From NCBI GenBank assembly GCA_965644315.1, contig CBFFRQ010000016.1, forward strand, positions 1-64,000: a stretch of 64,000 nucleotides of DNA. Reading direction: 5' to 3'. The notes below the pieces were generated by a model that was not told where the DNA came from, searched no databases, and was given only the letters and a program-made list of their open reading frames with translations. The DNA is from Caecitellus pseudoparvulus. Taxonomy: Eukaryota; Protista; Bigyra: Bicosoecida. The translations under genes and the position numbers were made by a program. Of the stretch, positions 37,961 through 48,415 are shown one piece after another. Position 1 is the first letter of the stretch, and the number at the start of each line of letters is the position of its first letter.

Positions 37961-38460
37961 GACGCAGGCTATGCAGGGAAGGATTAATGACTACAGCAGC
38001 ACCCTTTTCAGCAGGGTTTTGCTGTCTTGTCCTGAGCGGGTGCTGCGGCAGACCGTGACTTGCTCACGCTCAATTCCCGCACATGCACCCAGCAGCAACG
38101 GCTGCTGCACTGCCACCTCAGGCACCTCTAGCCAGCAAGGCTGCAGGCAACGCACCTCTTTGCGCATGGGATTTGACAAGCAGCAACCACTTGCGTCAAG
38201 TTTTGTTCCTGGCTCGGATTGGGGCCTGGGCAGGGCTCGTGGGTCGCCAGCGATGACGCAGGCAGCCCTTCGTTGGGCAGGCACAGCGAGCACGACTGAC
38301 TAGGTGGGCAGCAAATGCGAGGAAAAAAATCAACCAAAACTGAAGGGAGCTGCAAGCATCCCCTCTTGCCCGTCATGGTGTGCTGAGCGTGGGCTGCTGC
38401 GCCTTGAAACCGCCATTGCTCGCGTGCTGGTGAACGCGGATTTTGGGCAGGTGCTTCGCC

Positions 38461-40221
38461 ATGCTGTCAATGCAGAGTGCTGGCAGCTTCCTGGATGCGT
38501 GGGGCTTTGCCATCGTTGGATGCTCCACACTGCTGCTTGTGTTTCTCCAGTGGCACCTTCGCTTTGCGCTGCGCCGCAAGCACACTGCGCTTCTGGCCGG
38601 CGTGTCCAGTGTGGCCTCTGCCAAAGACGCAGTGCAGGAGGTGTTTGGCGACACTGCATACGAGGAGTTCTGCTTCATTGGGCGCACTGCCCTGGAATTG
38701 GGCTTCTTCTACACGTTCGGCATCCCCACCATTGCCTTCCTGCTGCACAAGACGGGCGAATTCGCACCGCCCAAAGTCGTCAAGGTGCGACCGCCGCGAC
38801 GCAGCCGGTGAAGCTCTGCCAGCGACTCACCCCCCCTCTCCACACCTCGCGCCGTTCAGCGATACAACGACACGGACTTGCTGCTGGAGGCAATGGGCAT
38901 GCGGGAGCATGGGTCGCCCCAGCGCCAAGCAGCTGTGCAGCGGCTGAACCAGCTGCACGGAAAGTACCGCATCTCTGACGCGGACTACTTGTACACGCTG
39001 TCGCTGTTTGCGCTGGACACAGTGGATGCCACCAATGCCTACGGGCACAGGGAGCTGTCGCCGGGCGAAGCTGCGAGCATCTTCCTGCAGTGGCAAGGCA
39101 TGGGTTGGGACATGGGACTGAACAAGCACGGGCTGCTGCAGCGGCACGCCACGAGCGTCTCTGCGCTGCGAGCGTGGCGCACTGCGTACGAGGTGAACAC
39201 CATGAAGTACCACCCAACCATTCACGCGCTTTCCGAGCAAGCCCTGACCGTGTTCCAGCACCATCCAGCCCTGCGCTGGTCGCTGCCGGCCATGACAGCC
39301 GTTGCATGGTTGTGCGGCGGTGGGGGCTCCTGGGCCGCCGCACGGCAAACCGCATTCGCAGCGTTTGCAACACACATACTCAGGCCAGTTGTCTGCATCA
39401 CCACCTCCCACCGCCTGGCTGTCGCCATGGGGTATGCCCGCCCAACCTGCACCGCGCAACTACACCCCGCCATTCGGCAGCGCGCGCTACAACTGGGCGC
39501 CCACGGCCCTGCCTTGCCCAGTGATCACCCGCATGTCCAAGCATACGCTCCAATTACCCCCAGCCAAGCACGCGAGCGGCTGTACGGCCGCGGCAAGCCA
39601 CGCGGCCTGTCCCTGCACAGTGTTGCCCACATGCCGCTGCCACCGTGGGTGTCAGCTGACGCTGCCGTGCGGGGGCTGCAGGCAACAGACGAGGCCACAG
39701 ATGCTGCCATTCGAGCACTGCAACAAGCTGCAGGGGGGCCGCTCGTGCCGTGCATGGATGGGCAGCAGGAAGCTGAGCCGCTGGAGAGTCACACGCCATC
39801 TGCGTCAAGCTCTGCAACGCACAGCCAGGAGTACGCGCTTGCCCCAGAGCACTGCGACGCCCTGGGCATTCCAGAACCAGTGCACGTGCCAGCTGGCATG
39901 CGCACGCTGGTGGCCATGGCCCTTCTCTTCATCGCCGGCGTGATGCGTTTCATGTGTTTCCCGCGCTGCTTCAGCGCCCGCAGGTTGGGCCCTGCGCCCC
40001 CCGCGTCCTCAGTGCAGGCAGCTGCAAGCGCGTCAGAGCCCATGCTACACGCCTACTTCGGCGCTTGCCCCATGCCCCTGCAAGTGGGCAGCATTGGGCC
40101 GAAAGGCTCGCCTCCCCTTCGTGTGCCTGCTGGGCACTCGGGCTGCCCCTTTGCCGGGGTCACGCAGGGGCCTGCCCTCGCAGGGGCAGGGTGTCTACGA
40201 ACAAAGGCAGGTGAGAAGTAG
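38461..40221 (+). CDS. MpaB/DUF2236-like ER-bound oxygenase; intron 38785-38859
   Basis: N-terminal TM anchor; ALELGFFYTFGIPTIAFLLHKTGEF...K|RYNDTDLL...AVQRLNQLHGKYRISDADYLYTLSLF. Confidence 0.8.
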
Positions 40222-40485
40222 GCGGGGAAGACGCCCCAGGCCGTGGTCTTTGTAGTGCCGCGCTGTGGGGGTGTGGGACAGAGTGCAGCGAGCGCTGCAG
40301 CCGAGCCACAGACACCGCGTCGCGTGAAGCACACTTGGATCAAATTTACACGCACAGCTGAAGGCACGCGAGCGATGTTGGAAGAAAGATGTCCACTTTC
40401 AGTGTCTGTTTGCAACACACTTCCCCGCCATTCCCACGTAGGCGTGCTTTCGGTGGGCGCAGGGAGCAATTTCCGCAAGTTTAGC

Positions 40486-42132
40486 ATGGCCGCAGCGAGC
40501 GGCCCAGTGCCCGGGAGGGACTTTCCCACTGAGCAGCAGGTGCAAGAGCGGAAGGATGTCGGAAAGTGCACACATTGGATGGCTCGAAAGCGCCGGTTCT
40601 GCGGGCAGCCGGCGGTCAAACCCCACGAGACCTGCATCGTGCACGCTGTGCGGGGGGCCCAGGAGATCGAGCCTGCTTCCAAGCGCGCCAGGGGCGCCAA
40701 GACGCGCATCCCTTGCCCCTTCGACCCCAACCACGATGTGTGGTCTCATCGCATGCAGCGCCATTTGCGCCTGTGCCCGGCCGTGCAGCGTTTCAAGGCA
40801 CAGCTGCGCCTGCCCTTCGTTGTGCCAGGCGTAAACCTGGCCGACCCCACCAAGCTGACTGAGCCGGAGCCCTTGCAGCTGGGCTCTGTCCAGGACCTGA
40901 TGTCTGCGCTGGAGGCATTGGAGCGCGCGTACAGGGCAGCATGTAGCTCCATGGCAGTGGCGGGGACCGTCCCCGCTGCAGACTTCACCGTGCCGCCCGA
41001 GGCACTTTCACACGCTGCACGGCACAGCGCCCAGCACGACGGGTTGCTGGACTTGGCCCTCACAGCGACAGAGCCGAAGTCGTGCACGTTTGTGGAGATG
41101 GGTGCTGGCAAGGGGGGGCTGGCACTGGCGCTGGCCAAGCACCCCCATGTGGCGCCTCACGCGCACGTGGTCATGGTTGACTCTGGTGCGTTTCGCCACA
41201 CGGTGGACCCCGCCATGCGCAAGATGGCGGCAGCACAGCCACCTCTTCTGCGAGCTTGGGGCCGCTTGGCATGCGACATTTCAGACCTGTGGCTGCCTGG
41301 TGCTTGTCTGTCCGCCGTTGATGGCGTGGGCGGTGAGTCAGCATCGGTGGAGCGCCGCGCACCTGGCAAGCTGGTCTTCGTCGCCAAGCACCTGTGTGGA
41401 GCTGGAACAGATGTGGCCCTGCGTGCCATGCAGCATGCCATGGCGTGGCAAGCGGGGTCTCCACCCCCTGCTCGCACGCCCGGCAGAGCACCTGCCACAT
41501 ACACGCCGCCAGATGCTGCCGCGGCTGCCGCAGCACTGGAAGCGGTGCAGGCCGAGGCACAGTACAGCACAGAGCTGAAGACTGCGCACGCACTTCCTCC
41601 AGTGTTTGGAGTGACGATGGCAACTTGCTGCCACCACCGGTGCACGTGGAGCGGGTATGTTGCGCGGGAATGGTGGGTGTCGCAGCTGGGCCTGAGCCCG
41701 GCACACTTCAGGCTGGCGGCCACCCTGAGCTCCCTGCAAGCCTCAGCGTGGGGGGTACTGGGGGGGCATTGCACGGATTCCATGGCTGTGTGGCTGGATG
41801 CTGCGACTGTGCCGCCGACGTTGCTTGACGCAGCGGCCAGGGCTGACGTCGGAGCTGCGACCATCCCTGCACAAACTGAGCACGACCCAGGCCCACAGGC
41901 TGGGCAAGGCAAGGAGGATAGTGCATTGCAGTCACTGCTGCAGGCAGCTTCGCTGCCTCCAGAGGCCAAGCTGTACTGGGGGCGGCTGTGCAAGCGTCTG
42001 ATCGACCTGGGCCGTGTGCACTTTCTGCGGTGTCAGGGGGCGGGCGCAAAGGCCGACTTGCGCACATACTGCAGCGGGGGCGTAACACTTGAAAACGTCG
42101 CCCTGCAGGCACGATTTCCGATCCCACAGTAG
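40486..42132 (+). CDS. TRMT13: tRNA:m4X 2'-O-methyltransferase TRM13
   Basis: CTHWMARKRRFC zinc finger, RIPCPFDPNHDV...HLRLCP, FVEMGAGKGGL, AKHLCGAGTD, ATCCHHRC, CKRLIDLGR, TLENV. Confidence 0.93.
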   Translation: MAAASGPVPGRDFPTEQQVQERKDVGKCTHWMARKRRFCGQPAVKPHETCIVHAVRGAQEIEPASKRARGAKTRIPCPFDPNHDVWSHRMQRHLRLCPAVQRFKAQLRLPFVVPGVNLADPTKLTEPEPLQLGSVQDLMSALEALERAYRAACSSMAVAGTVPAADFTVPPEALSHAARHSAQHDGLLDLALTATEPKSCTFVEMGAGKGGLALALAKHPHVAPHAHVVMVDSGAFRHTVDPAMRKMAAAQPPLLRAWGRLACDISDLWLPGACLSAVDGVGGESASVERRAPGKLVFVAKHLCGAGTDVALRAMQHAMAWQAGSPPPARTPGRAPATYTPPDAAAAAAALEAVQAEAQYSTELKTAHALPPVFGVTMATCCHHRCTWSGYVAREWWVSQLGLSPAHFRLAATLSSLQASAWGVLGGHCTDSMAVWLDAATVPPTLLDAAARADVGAATIPAQTEHDPGPQAGQGKEDSALQSLLQAASLPPEAKLYWGRLCKRLIDLGRVHFLRCQGAGAKADLRTYCSGGVTLENVALQARFPIPQ

Positions 42133-42141
42133 CACGGGGCA

Positions 42142-43542
42142 TCAAGCGCTCGGTGGCTTTCGCACCGCAGCCCGCAGCAGCAATGCACGCCGCCGCAGCT
42201 TCCACTGCTCAGCGCGCAGCATGGGAACCAGGCGATCAGGCGTCTCCACCTTGACTGCTGCCATGCCCACTGCTCGTATGGCCTCTCGGGCCACCACTTG
42301 CATGGCAGGAAAGCAGACGGCGCGGGGTTGTGCCTGCCACCTGTCAACACTTCGTGCCCAGCAGGCCACAGGGTCCACGTTGGCAGTTTTCGGGCGAGAA
42401 GGATCAAAGACCATCTCAGCGAATTCGCGTGAGAGTTTTGGCCAGAAGTACAAGTGGAGAGGCGGCAGGATGTCACTGAGGTGGCTCATGTCAATGGCCG
42501 GCCTGTGGTCCAGCCAAGCTCGCAGCCCTTCGCGGTGTGAACCTCGCAAAGTTCTGTCGACACACCTCCGAACAATGGCAGGAGTCAGTGCCTCCACCGA
42601 CCAGTGCCCCTCATTGCTTTTCTGAAACAGCCATGTGATCCAGGGAGGGCCTTCCACCTGCGGCGTGGTGCGAATGAGCATGTCACAGGCGAGCTGGTTG
42701 AAGCCGGCAGCATCCCCCTCCCACAACTCCCGGCAGCGGCCCCACACCCCCTGCACAAACCCCAGTGACGTCTGGTCGCAGTTGCGCGCTGCCGCGAGCA
42801 GGGCCGTGCGCGACGCCTGCGCTGCCCGGGACTGCCACTCAGCGTCCTGGGACACCCACTCCCATACCTGCGCTGCAGCGCCCCAACAACGCCACCGCAC
42901 GCACTGCTCAAGCACACCACCAGCGTACCTATCCCAGCCAAGTTCGTATCGACGGGAGCCTTGCACTTCGATCATGTGCAGCAGCAAGGCCTCGTCTTTC
43001 TTGCTTCCCTGGGCACACGATCGGACAGCTCGTGCGCCGCCGAGTGTCGGTGACATGGGCGGCTGGCCCAACGCTTCTGCAGCCCGACGCAGGTGCTGCA
43101 CCATGCGTAGGTTCCCCGATGAAATGGCTGCACGCATGCTGCGCCGGACGGGGAACTCCTTCAAGTGCACTGTCCACGTGCCACCACCTGCAGCTGGTCG
43201 CTGCTCAATGTGTGCGACGCAGGTGGGCAACGCTGCCAGGCCCTGCACGGCACAGAAATCTTCCCTGTGACAGAACTTCATCAGCAAATCATGCGGTTCA
43301 AGGTGGGTCTCCGCCCCTTCCACAATCAGCCATGCCGCCGCCATCCACGTCCCGTACTTGCGCTTGAAGGCAGCAGCGATGCCACCCCGCCGAACGGTGC
43401 CCTGGACTTCAACGGACTTGTTCGTCGCAAAAGCATTCGCTGCTCGTGCAAGGGAGTGCAGGGCACGGATTTGTAAGTCAGATGTTTCGGGCGCGTGAAC
43501 GCTGACGGGGATGTGGAACTCAGGGACGCAAGAGGCAGCCAT
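42142..43542 (-). CDS. Hypothetical protein, possibly degenerate ankyrin-like repeats
   Basis: Long uninterrupted ORF; AAISSGNLRMVQHL resembles an ankyrin repeat. Confidence 0.55.
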   Translation of the reverse strand: MAASCVPEFHIPVSVHAPETSDLQIRALHSLARAANAFATNKSVEVQGTVRRGGIAAAFKRKYGTWMAAAWLIVEGAETHLEPHDLLMKFCHREDFCAVQGLAALPTCVAHIEQRPAAGGGTWTVHLKEFPVRRSMRAAISSGNLRMVQHLRRAAEALGQPPMSPTLGGARAVRSCAQGSKKDEALLLHMIEVQGSRRYELGWDRYAGGVLEQCVRWRCWGAAAQVWEWVSQDAEWQSRAAQASRTALLAAARNCDQTSLGFVQGVWGRCRELWEGDAAGFNQLACDMLIRTTPQVEGPPWITWLFQKSNEGHWSVEALTPAIVRRCVDRTLRGSHREGLRAWLDHRPAIDMSHLSDILPPLHLYFWPKLSREFAEMVFDPSRPKTANVDPVACWARSVDRWQAQPRAVCFPAMQVVAREAIRAVGMAAVKVETPDRLVPMLRAEQWKLRRRALLLRAAVRKPPSA

Positions 43543-43717
43543 GGAGAAGCGTGGTGGCAAACCGATTTCCGCAACCCACACGCCGTTCACCCCTCCGCCC
43601 TTGCGCGAGCAGCGGGTCTGGCCGTTTAAATTGAAGCGCATGCATCAAAGATACGACATGCAGGGTACATTGACTATTAAAACTAGGTCTACCGTGCTTC
43701 TGTTGCAGTCCAGGTGC

Positions 43718-45694
43718 TCAAACTGCCTCCTCTTCGCTCGCCTGTGGCTGTGCCGCAGAGCTTGCAGCCTCCTCCCCCTCTGAATCACTGGAGCTGGAGG
43801 CATCTTCCTCCACAACCTCAAATGCTGCAGGGTGTACGTCGGCTGTAACTGCGGAATCATCCGCTGAGCCGGCCGCCTTGGGCTCGGCGCCACTGGCACT
43901 TGCCTGTGCTGCTACTTTCACCAACTCAACCTCTTGCGCTGGCTCAGGCTCTGGCTGCTCCTTGCCGGCCGATCCTTCCTCCACCTGAACTGGCGTGGAG
44001 GCTGCGGAGGTGTCATCATCCACCGGCAGCTTCTCTGCTGCGGCGCCTTTGGATACATCAGCAGGCGAGTCCGGCTCACCCCCCTCCTCCCCCCTCCACC
44101 ACGTGACTGCCGCGGTGTGCCCAGGCCCGTCCGCAACCTTGCGGTAACGCCAGTAGTACACGACGAAGATGCCTTGGAGCAGGCTGGCCCCTGCGTAAAT
44201 GCCGTTGGCCATGGCGAAGTTGCCGCCCAGTTGCTGCAGGGTGTAGTCGAAGAGGGGCTGGTTGAGCAGGCCCAGCAGCCCCGCCACCACCGACAGGACG
44301 CCGATGAGGCGGCCGAAGGTGAGGAAGGTGAACTCCTTGCCCAGGATGGCAGAGAGGATGGTGAAGAGGCCCGCGCGGAAGAAGGCGAAGACGACGAAGC
44401 CCACCACCTGCACCTGCAGGTTGGGGATGAGGGTGATGATGGACACGCCCAGGCTGGCGGCGAAGTTAGCGGCCATGGCCACTTCCATGCCTGCCCGGTC
44501 GATGATGGAGCCCACCACCAGCACCAGCACGACGCCGATGGGCAGCACCGCACCCAGAATGGTCACGTACGCGCCGTCCTGCTGCCCCAGCTCGTCGAGG
44601 TACGTCCCGATCATGGACAGGTACCAGCTGAACTTGGTGAGGGAGATGACTTTGTACACTGCCAGGCCCAAGTACAGGGGCGAGCACAGCTGCTGCATGA
44701 AGGAGGCGGAGGCATACGGGTACTGCGGGTCGAAGACGGGGCCCGTGGCGGGCGGCGGCACAGTGGTGGCAGCCTCTTCGTCGGCCAAGGTGGGGGGTGG
44801 GTGTGTGCTGCTTGCGCAGCTCGCCGAGTCATCGGCATGCTCCTCTGAGCTGCTGCCGCCCCACGCCTGGGCAGGGGAGGGAGTGGCCTTGGCGCCTGGG
44901 GTCTGCTGAGGGGCAGGTTCATCCCCCTTCTCCGCAAGCTCGGAGGAGGGGGGCTGTGTCTTTTCTGCCTCGTACACGGGCGTGTCGGCTTCAGACAGTG
45001 GGCGCCAGGGCCACACGAAGGCAGCCGCGAGTGTGGCCAGCAGCAGCGGTCCCAGCATGTACCCCGTGAAGATGGCGGTGAGGGAGATGCCGGCCTCGTA
45101 CAACTGCCGGAACAGCAGGAACACCACCACTGCCGAGTCTGCGAAGCCGTTGATGATGCCGATGATGAGGGACTCGTAGCCGGGGAAGAGGTAGGAGATG
45201 CTGTACAGCGGGTGCAGCTGCCCCGTCTGCCCCAGGCCCAGGAAGATGAAGCCAGGGAAGTACGCGTCGTCAGGGGCTGAGCCGTCGGCGGCAGCGACCA
45301 TGGTGCCATATGCGACGAAGAGGCATGCAAGGCCCACGAAGGAGGCCACCTTCACGCCGTACAGGTCCATGACCCACCCGTTCAGCAGCAGGGACGACGC
45401 CAGGGTCAGCGCGGAGCCAATGACGAACACGAGGTTCAGCCGGGAGCTCTGCGCGTCGCAAGGCCTTTCCTCAGTGGGGTTGCATTGGCCCTCGAAAGTC
45501 CCAGCATCTATCAGGGATACTGAGAGGTTGGACCACCCGTAAATGGTGACACTCGTGAGCATGGCTTGCAAGCAAGCAGCCAGGCCTATGAACCATACTG
45601 GAAGCTCACATGCCGCCCCGTGCATGCGGACTCGGTGCCCCAAGCATCTCCTAAGGGAATCGGCACTCCACAGCTTTGCAGTCTGCTCAGCCAT
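43718..45694 (-). CDS. MFS transporter, SLC43 (LAT3/4)/FMP42-like
   Basis: About 12 TM segments; IYGWSNL, C...Q..RLNLVF, GWVMDLYGVK, TFGRLIG; long central loop. Confidence 0.85.
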   Translation of the reverse strand: MAEQTAKLWSADSLRRCLGHRVRMHGAACELPVWFIGLAACLQAMLTSVTIYGWSNLSVSLIDAGTFEGQCNPTEERPCDAQSSRLNLVFVIGSALTLASSLLLNGWVMDLYGVKVASFVGLACLFVAYGTMVAAADGSAPDDAYFPGFIFLGLGQTGQLHPLYSISYLFPGYESLIIGIINGFADSAVVVFLLFRQLYEAGISLTAIFTGYMLGPLLLATLAAAFVWPWRPLSEADTPVYEAEKTQPPSSELAEKGDEPAPQQTPGAKATPSPAQAWGGSSSEEHADDSASCASSTHPPPTLADEEAATTVPPPATGPVFDPQYPYASASFMQQLCSPLYLGLAVYKVISLTKFSWYLSMIGTYLDELGQQDGAYVTILGAVLPIGVVLVLVVGSIIDRAGMEVAMAANFAASLGVSIITLIPNLQVQVVGFVVFAFFRAGLFTILSAILGKEFTFLTFGRLIGVLSVVAGLLGLLNQPLFDYTLQQLGGNFAMANGIYAGASLLQGIFVVYYWRYRKVADGPGHTAAVTWWRGEEGGEPDSPADVSKGAAAEKLPVDDDTSAASTPVQVEEGSAGKEQPEPEPAQEVELVKVAAQASASGAEPKAAGSADDSAVTADVHPAAFEVVEEDASSSSDSEGEEAASSAAQPQASEEEAV

Positions 45695-46430
45695 CTTTCA
45701 CTGCCGCAATCAAAGCGCCGAGGCGGTGGGTGTGGCAATTTCCGCACGCTAGCCACGTCAGGAACGCGGGGTCCAGCGCACAGCCAGCCAGGGGTATGGA
45801 GAACGGGTAATGTCCGTTGAGTGATGGTGTGCATTCTGTGGCACGAGTTTTTGCGGGGGATGAACAAGTGTTCTGCCCCACAAGTGGGCCCGTGCGCCGG
45901 CTTCGGTGGGGGGAAAGAAGAGAGAGCAACCCCAGCGCTGGCGAGCCCAGCTCCAGCGCGCGTCCCCGGCACGAGAGAGGATGATTGGCGGCTCTGCACC
46001 GAGGTATTGCTCTATGATGCACACAAATAATACTGTGTACCGGTTGAATATCCGGAAGAAGCCTTGAGAAAGTCAAGGGATTACACAGAAGGTGGCGAGG
46101 AGGTTTTCATCGTGCCTGACCAGCGGGCAAGCGTTTCGCGTGTCTGCAGTCGAAGGAAGCTGGGTGAAAGGTTGTTGGGCAGGGAACAGCCCAGAGTGAG
46201 TGGAACTTATGCTTGGGAGTCGAAGCACAACGCGCAGGCTGGCTTGCACTTCGTGTGAATTGCACTTGTGGGAGGGCGGGAATTGGTGCCATCTGACACC
46301 GCAAGGCTCCGAGACGGCAAGCCTGCAAAAACTCCCTCCGCGAGGGCCCAGCACACGGCAGGCGGGACCGACGAAGCACGTGGAGAAAAGGTGGAGGTGT
46401 TTCGGCTCGGCATTTCCTGCCGTGCGAGAA

Positions 46431-46942
46431 TCAGGCGGTGGCGGGCACTTGTACCTTCTCCACGTTGGCACCTGGCACCATGACGCTGCCCATCCACTGC
46501 TGCCGGCGCTGCTGAGGGCTCTCGGCAGCGATGGCTGTTGGGGAAGGCGGGGGCAGGCGGGGCGTGGGAGTGACTCGCGCCGAGGGACTGCAGCGCGACA
46601 ACGCACCATCCGGACTGCGAGCCAGCTCAGCTTGGCCCAGGACGATGTTGCCCAGTCCGTCCACACACTGCGCAAGAGGAGGGCGGCTTGATGGAAGTGG
46701 GGGCTTGCGGGGGCACAGGGGGTCATCGGCCTTGCCCACCTTCAGCGTGCCCATGATCACACGCCCATCCGACACTGTCACCTGCACCAGCGTGTCCAGC
46801 AGTGCGCGCACTTGCGCCGCCTCTGCCTTGCCAGAGAGATCTGCCTCGGACAGGCCTGCAGAACAAAATGCGCGCAGTGGGTCGCGCGGGGCACGCTGGT
46901 GTCGTCAGCGTGGCTGCACTTGCCTCCCGTGGACGTGGCCAT
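46431..46942 (-). CDS. NAA38: LSM-domain protein, NatC auxiliary subunit NAA38/LSMD1-like (multi-exon)
   Basis: VRALLDTLVQVTVSDGRVIMGTLK|CVDGLGNIVLGQA...MGSVMVPG. The 5' exon (MATSTGG) is inferred. Confidence 0.72.
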
Positions 46943-47188
46943 GTCGTTTCGTGGGTGTTTCGTGCTGGCGCAGAAAACACACGCCCAATTTCCTGGCAAA
47001 GCAAGGACACGGAAAGCAGCATCAATTGCAGGACATGTACAAGGAAAATGAAGTGCTGCAGTCGGCATTCTGCTCTTCCAGCCATTTTGGGCGGAGCGGC
47101 ATGTGGAGGTGGTGATGAGGCAGACCAGGCACGCCAACTCTCCGACCTGCTCCCGCGAGTATGCGGGCCCTTTTCCGAGCCCAGTGCA

Positions 47189-48023
47189 TTACTTGCCTTC
47201 TGCAGCTGCGGCAGCAGTGCTAGTCTTGGGCTTCTCTGGCATGGCGTACTTCTCCGTCCACTCCCGCGCAGTGGCCAGGGCAGCGTCCTCGTCTGCCAGC
47301 CACTTCTCGGCGACCTTGTTGTCCAGGGGGTCATCTGGGTTGGGCGAGCTCATGAGGGCCTGGATGGACAGCAGCACTGTGCGGATCTGCAGCACGGGGG
47401 ACCACTTGTCCTTGAGGATGTCCAGGCAGATGCTGTGCAGACGAGGCGGTGGCGGGTGGGGGCTGCGCCGCTGGCCACGGGCTGGGCGGGTGCAGCTGCA
47501 CGTACCGCCCCAGTCGGTCCACGTTCACGTGGTAAATCTTGGTCAGGAAGCGCACCTTGGGCGGGGACATGGGGTAGTCTTCGGGAAGGTACAGCTCCAG
47601 CTTGAAGGTGCCGCCAGCGTACGGCGAGTCAGGCGGCCCCTGCACGCTCACGTCGAAGTGCCGGAGGTTGTCCACATAGGGCGTGGCTTCAATGCCTTCC
47701 ACTGTGGCGGGGCATGTCGGCGGGCAGCGTGGGGGATGGGCGGCTGGGCTTGGGCGTGGTGAGAAACGGCATTGGCGAGCGTCCCTTTGCAGCTGCCAGC
47801 CGCGCAGCACGGAGGCAGAGCATGGCAGCGCAGCACGGCAGCGCACCTGGATCCTTGGCCAGCTTTTGTGTCTCCTGCAGGCAGAGCGGGGGCGCAGCGT
47901 CGTGGCTTGCAGGCATCTTGGCTGCTGCCAGCATGCGCTGCTGCAGTCACGCGCTGCGGGGGCAGCTGTGCGCGGCACTGACGCCTGGGCACCCACCTTG
48001 ACGATGCGGATCGGCAGGGCCAT
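47189..48023 (-). CDS. UBE2N: Ubiquitin-conjugating enzyme E2 N (Ubc13), 3 introns
   Basis: MALPIRIVK|ETQKL...[35 protein letters not shown]|[26 protein letters not shown]...PNPDDPL. Confidence 0.96.
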
Positions 48024-48415
48024 GGTGATGGACAACGGCGGCTGCGCTGTGAGAGCCCTCGGGAGCTGGGGCAGCAGCGGGAGGCGCTGCAGAACGAAGC
48101 ACAGCAGAAGCGCAAGCTGCGAGCCTTCCTGAAATGCACGGGGGAAGCCAGGGGCAGGGTGGCAGCGGGCGGGAGCACGTGGCAGCTGGACAGAAGGAGG
48201 GGTGTTGGGGGTTTGCTAGACCGCTGCTGGTTGTGCCAGCATGCCTCTTTCGGCCCAGCGGGGGGGCCACTGGGGCGCTGGGCTGTGCAAGCAAAACGCA
48301 GCTGAAACGCCGATGCTTTCTGTCACAGCCACATCACTTGCACCCACTTGACGCGACGCATGCTCGAATGGCATGTATCATTCACCGCCTTGAAGCCTTT
48401 CAGACACTACCCTGC

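Noticed and set aside
46024-46119. Frame reading QIILCTG-TGA, resembling a CxxU selenoprotein motif
   Set aside because: There is no in-frame ATG (another TGA lies just upstream), codons are atypically AT-rich, there is no SelT/SelW-like continuation and no SECIS was recognised.
46431-46942. LSM protein as U7-specific Lsm10/11 linked to histone processing
   Set aside because: The motifs (DGRVIMG..CVD...NIVLG, MVPG) fit NAA38/LSMD1 better.
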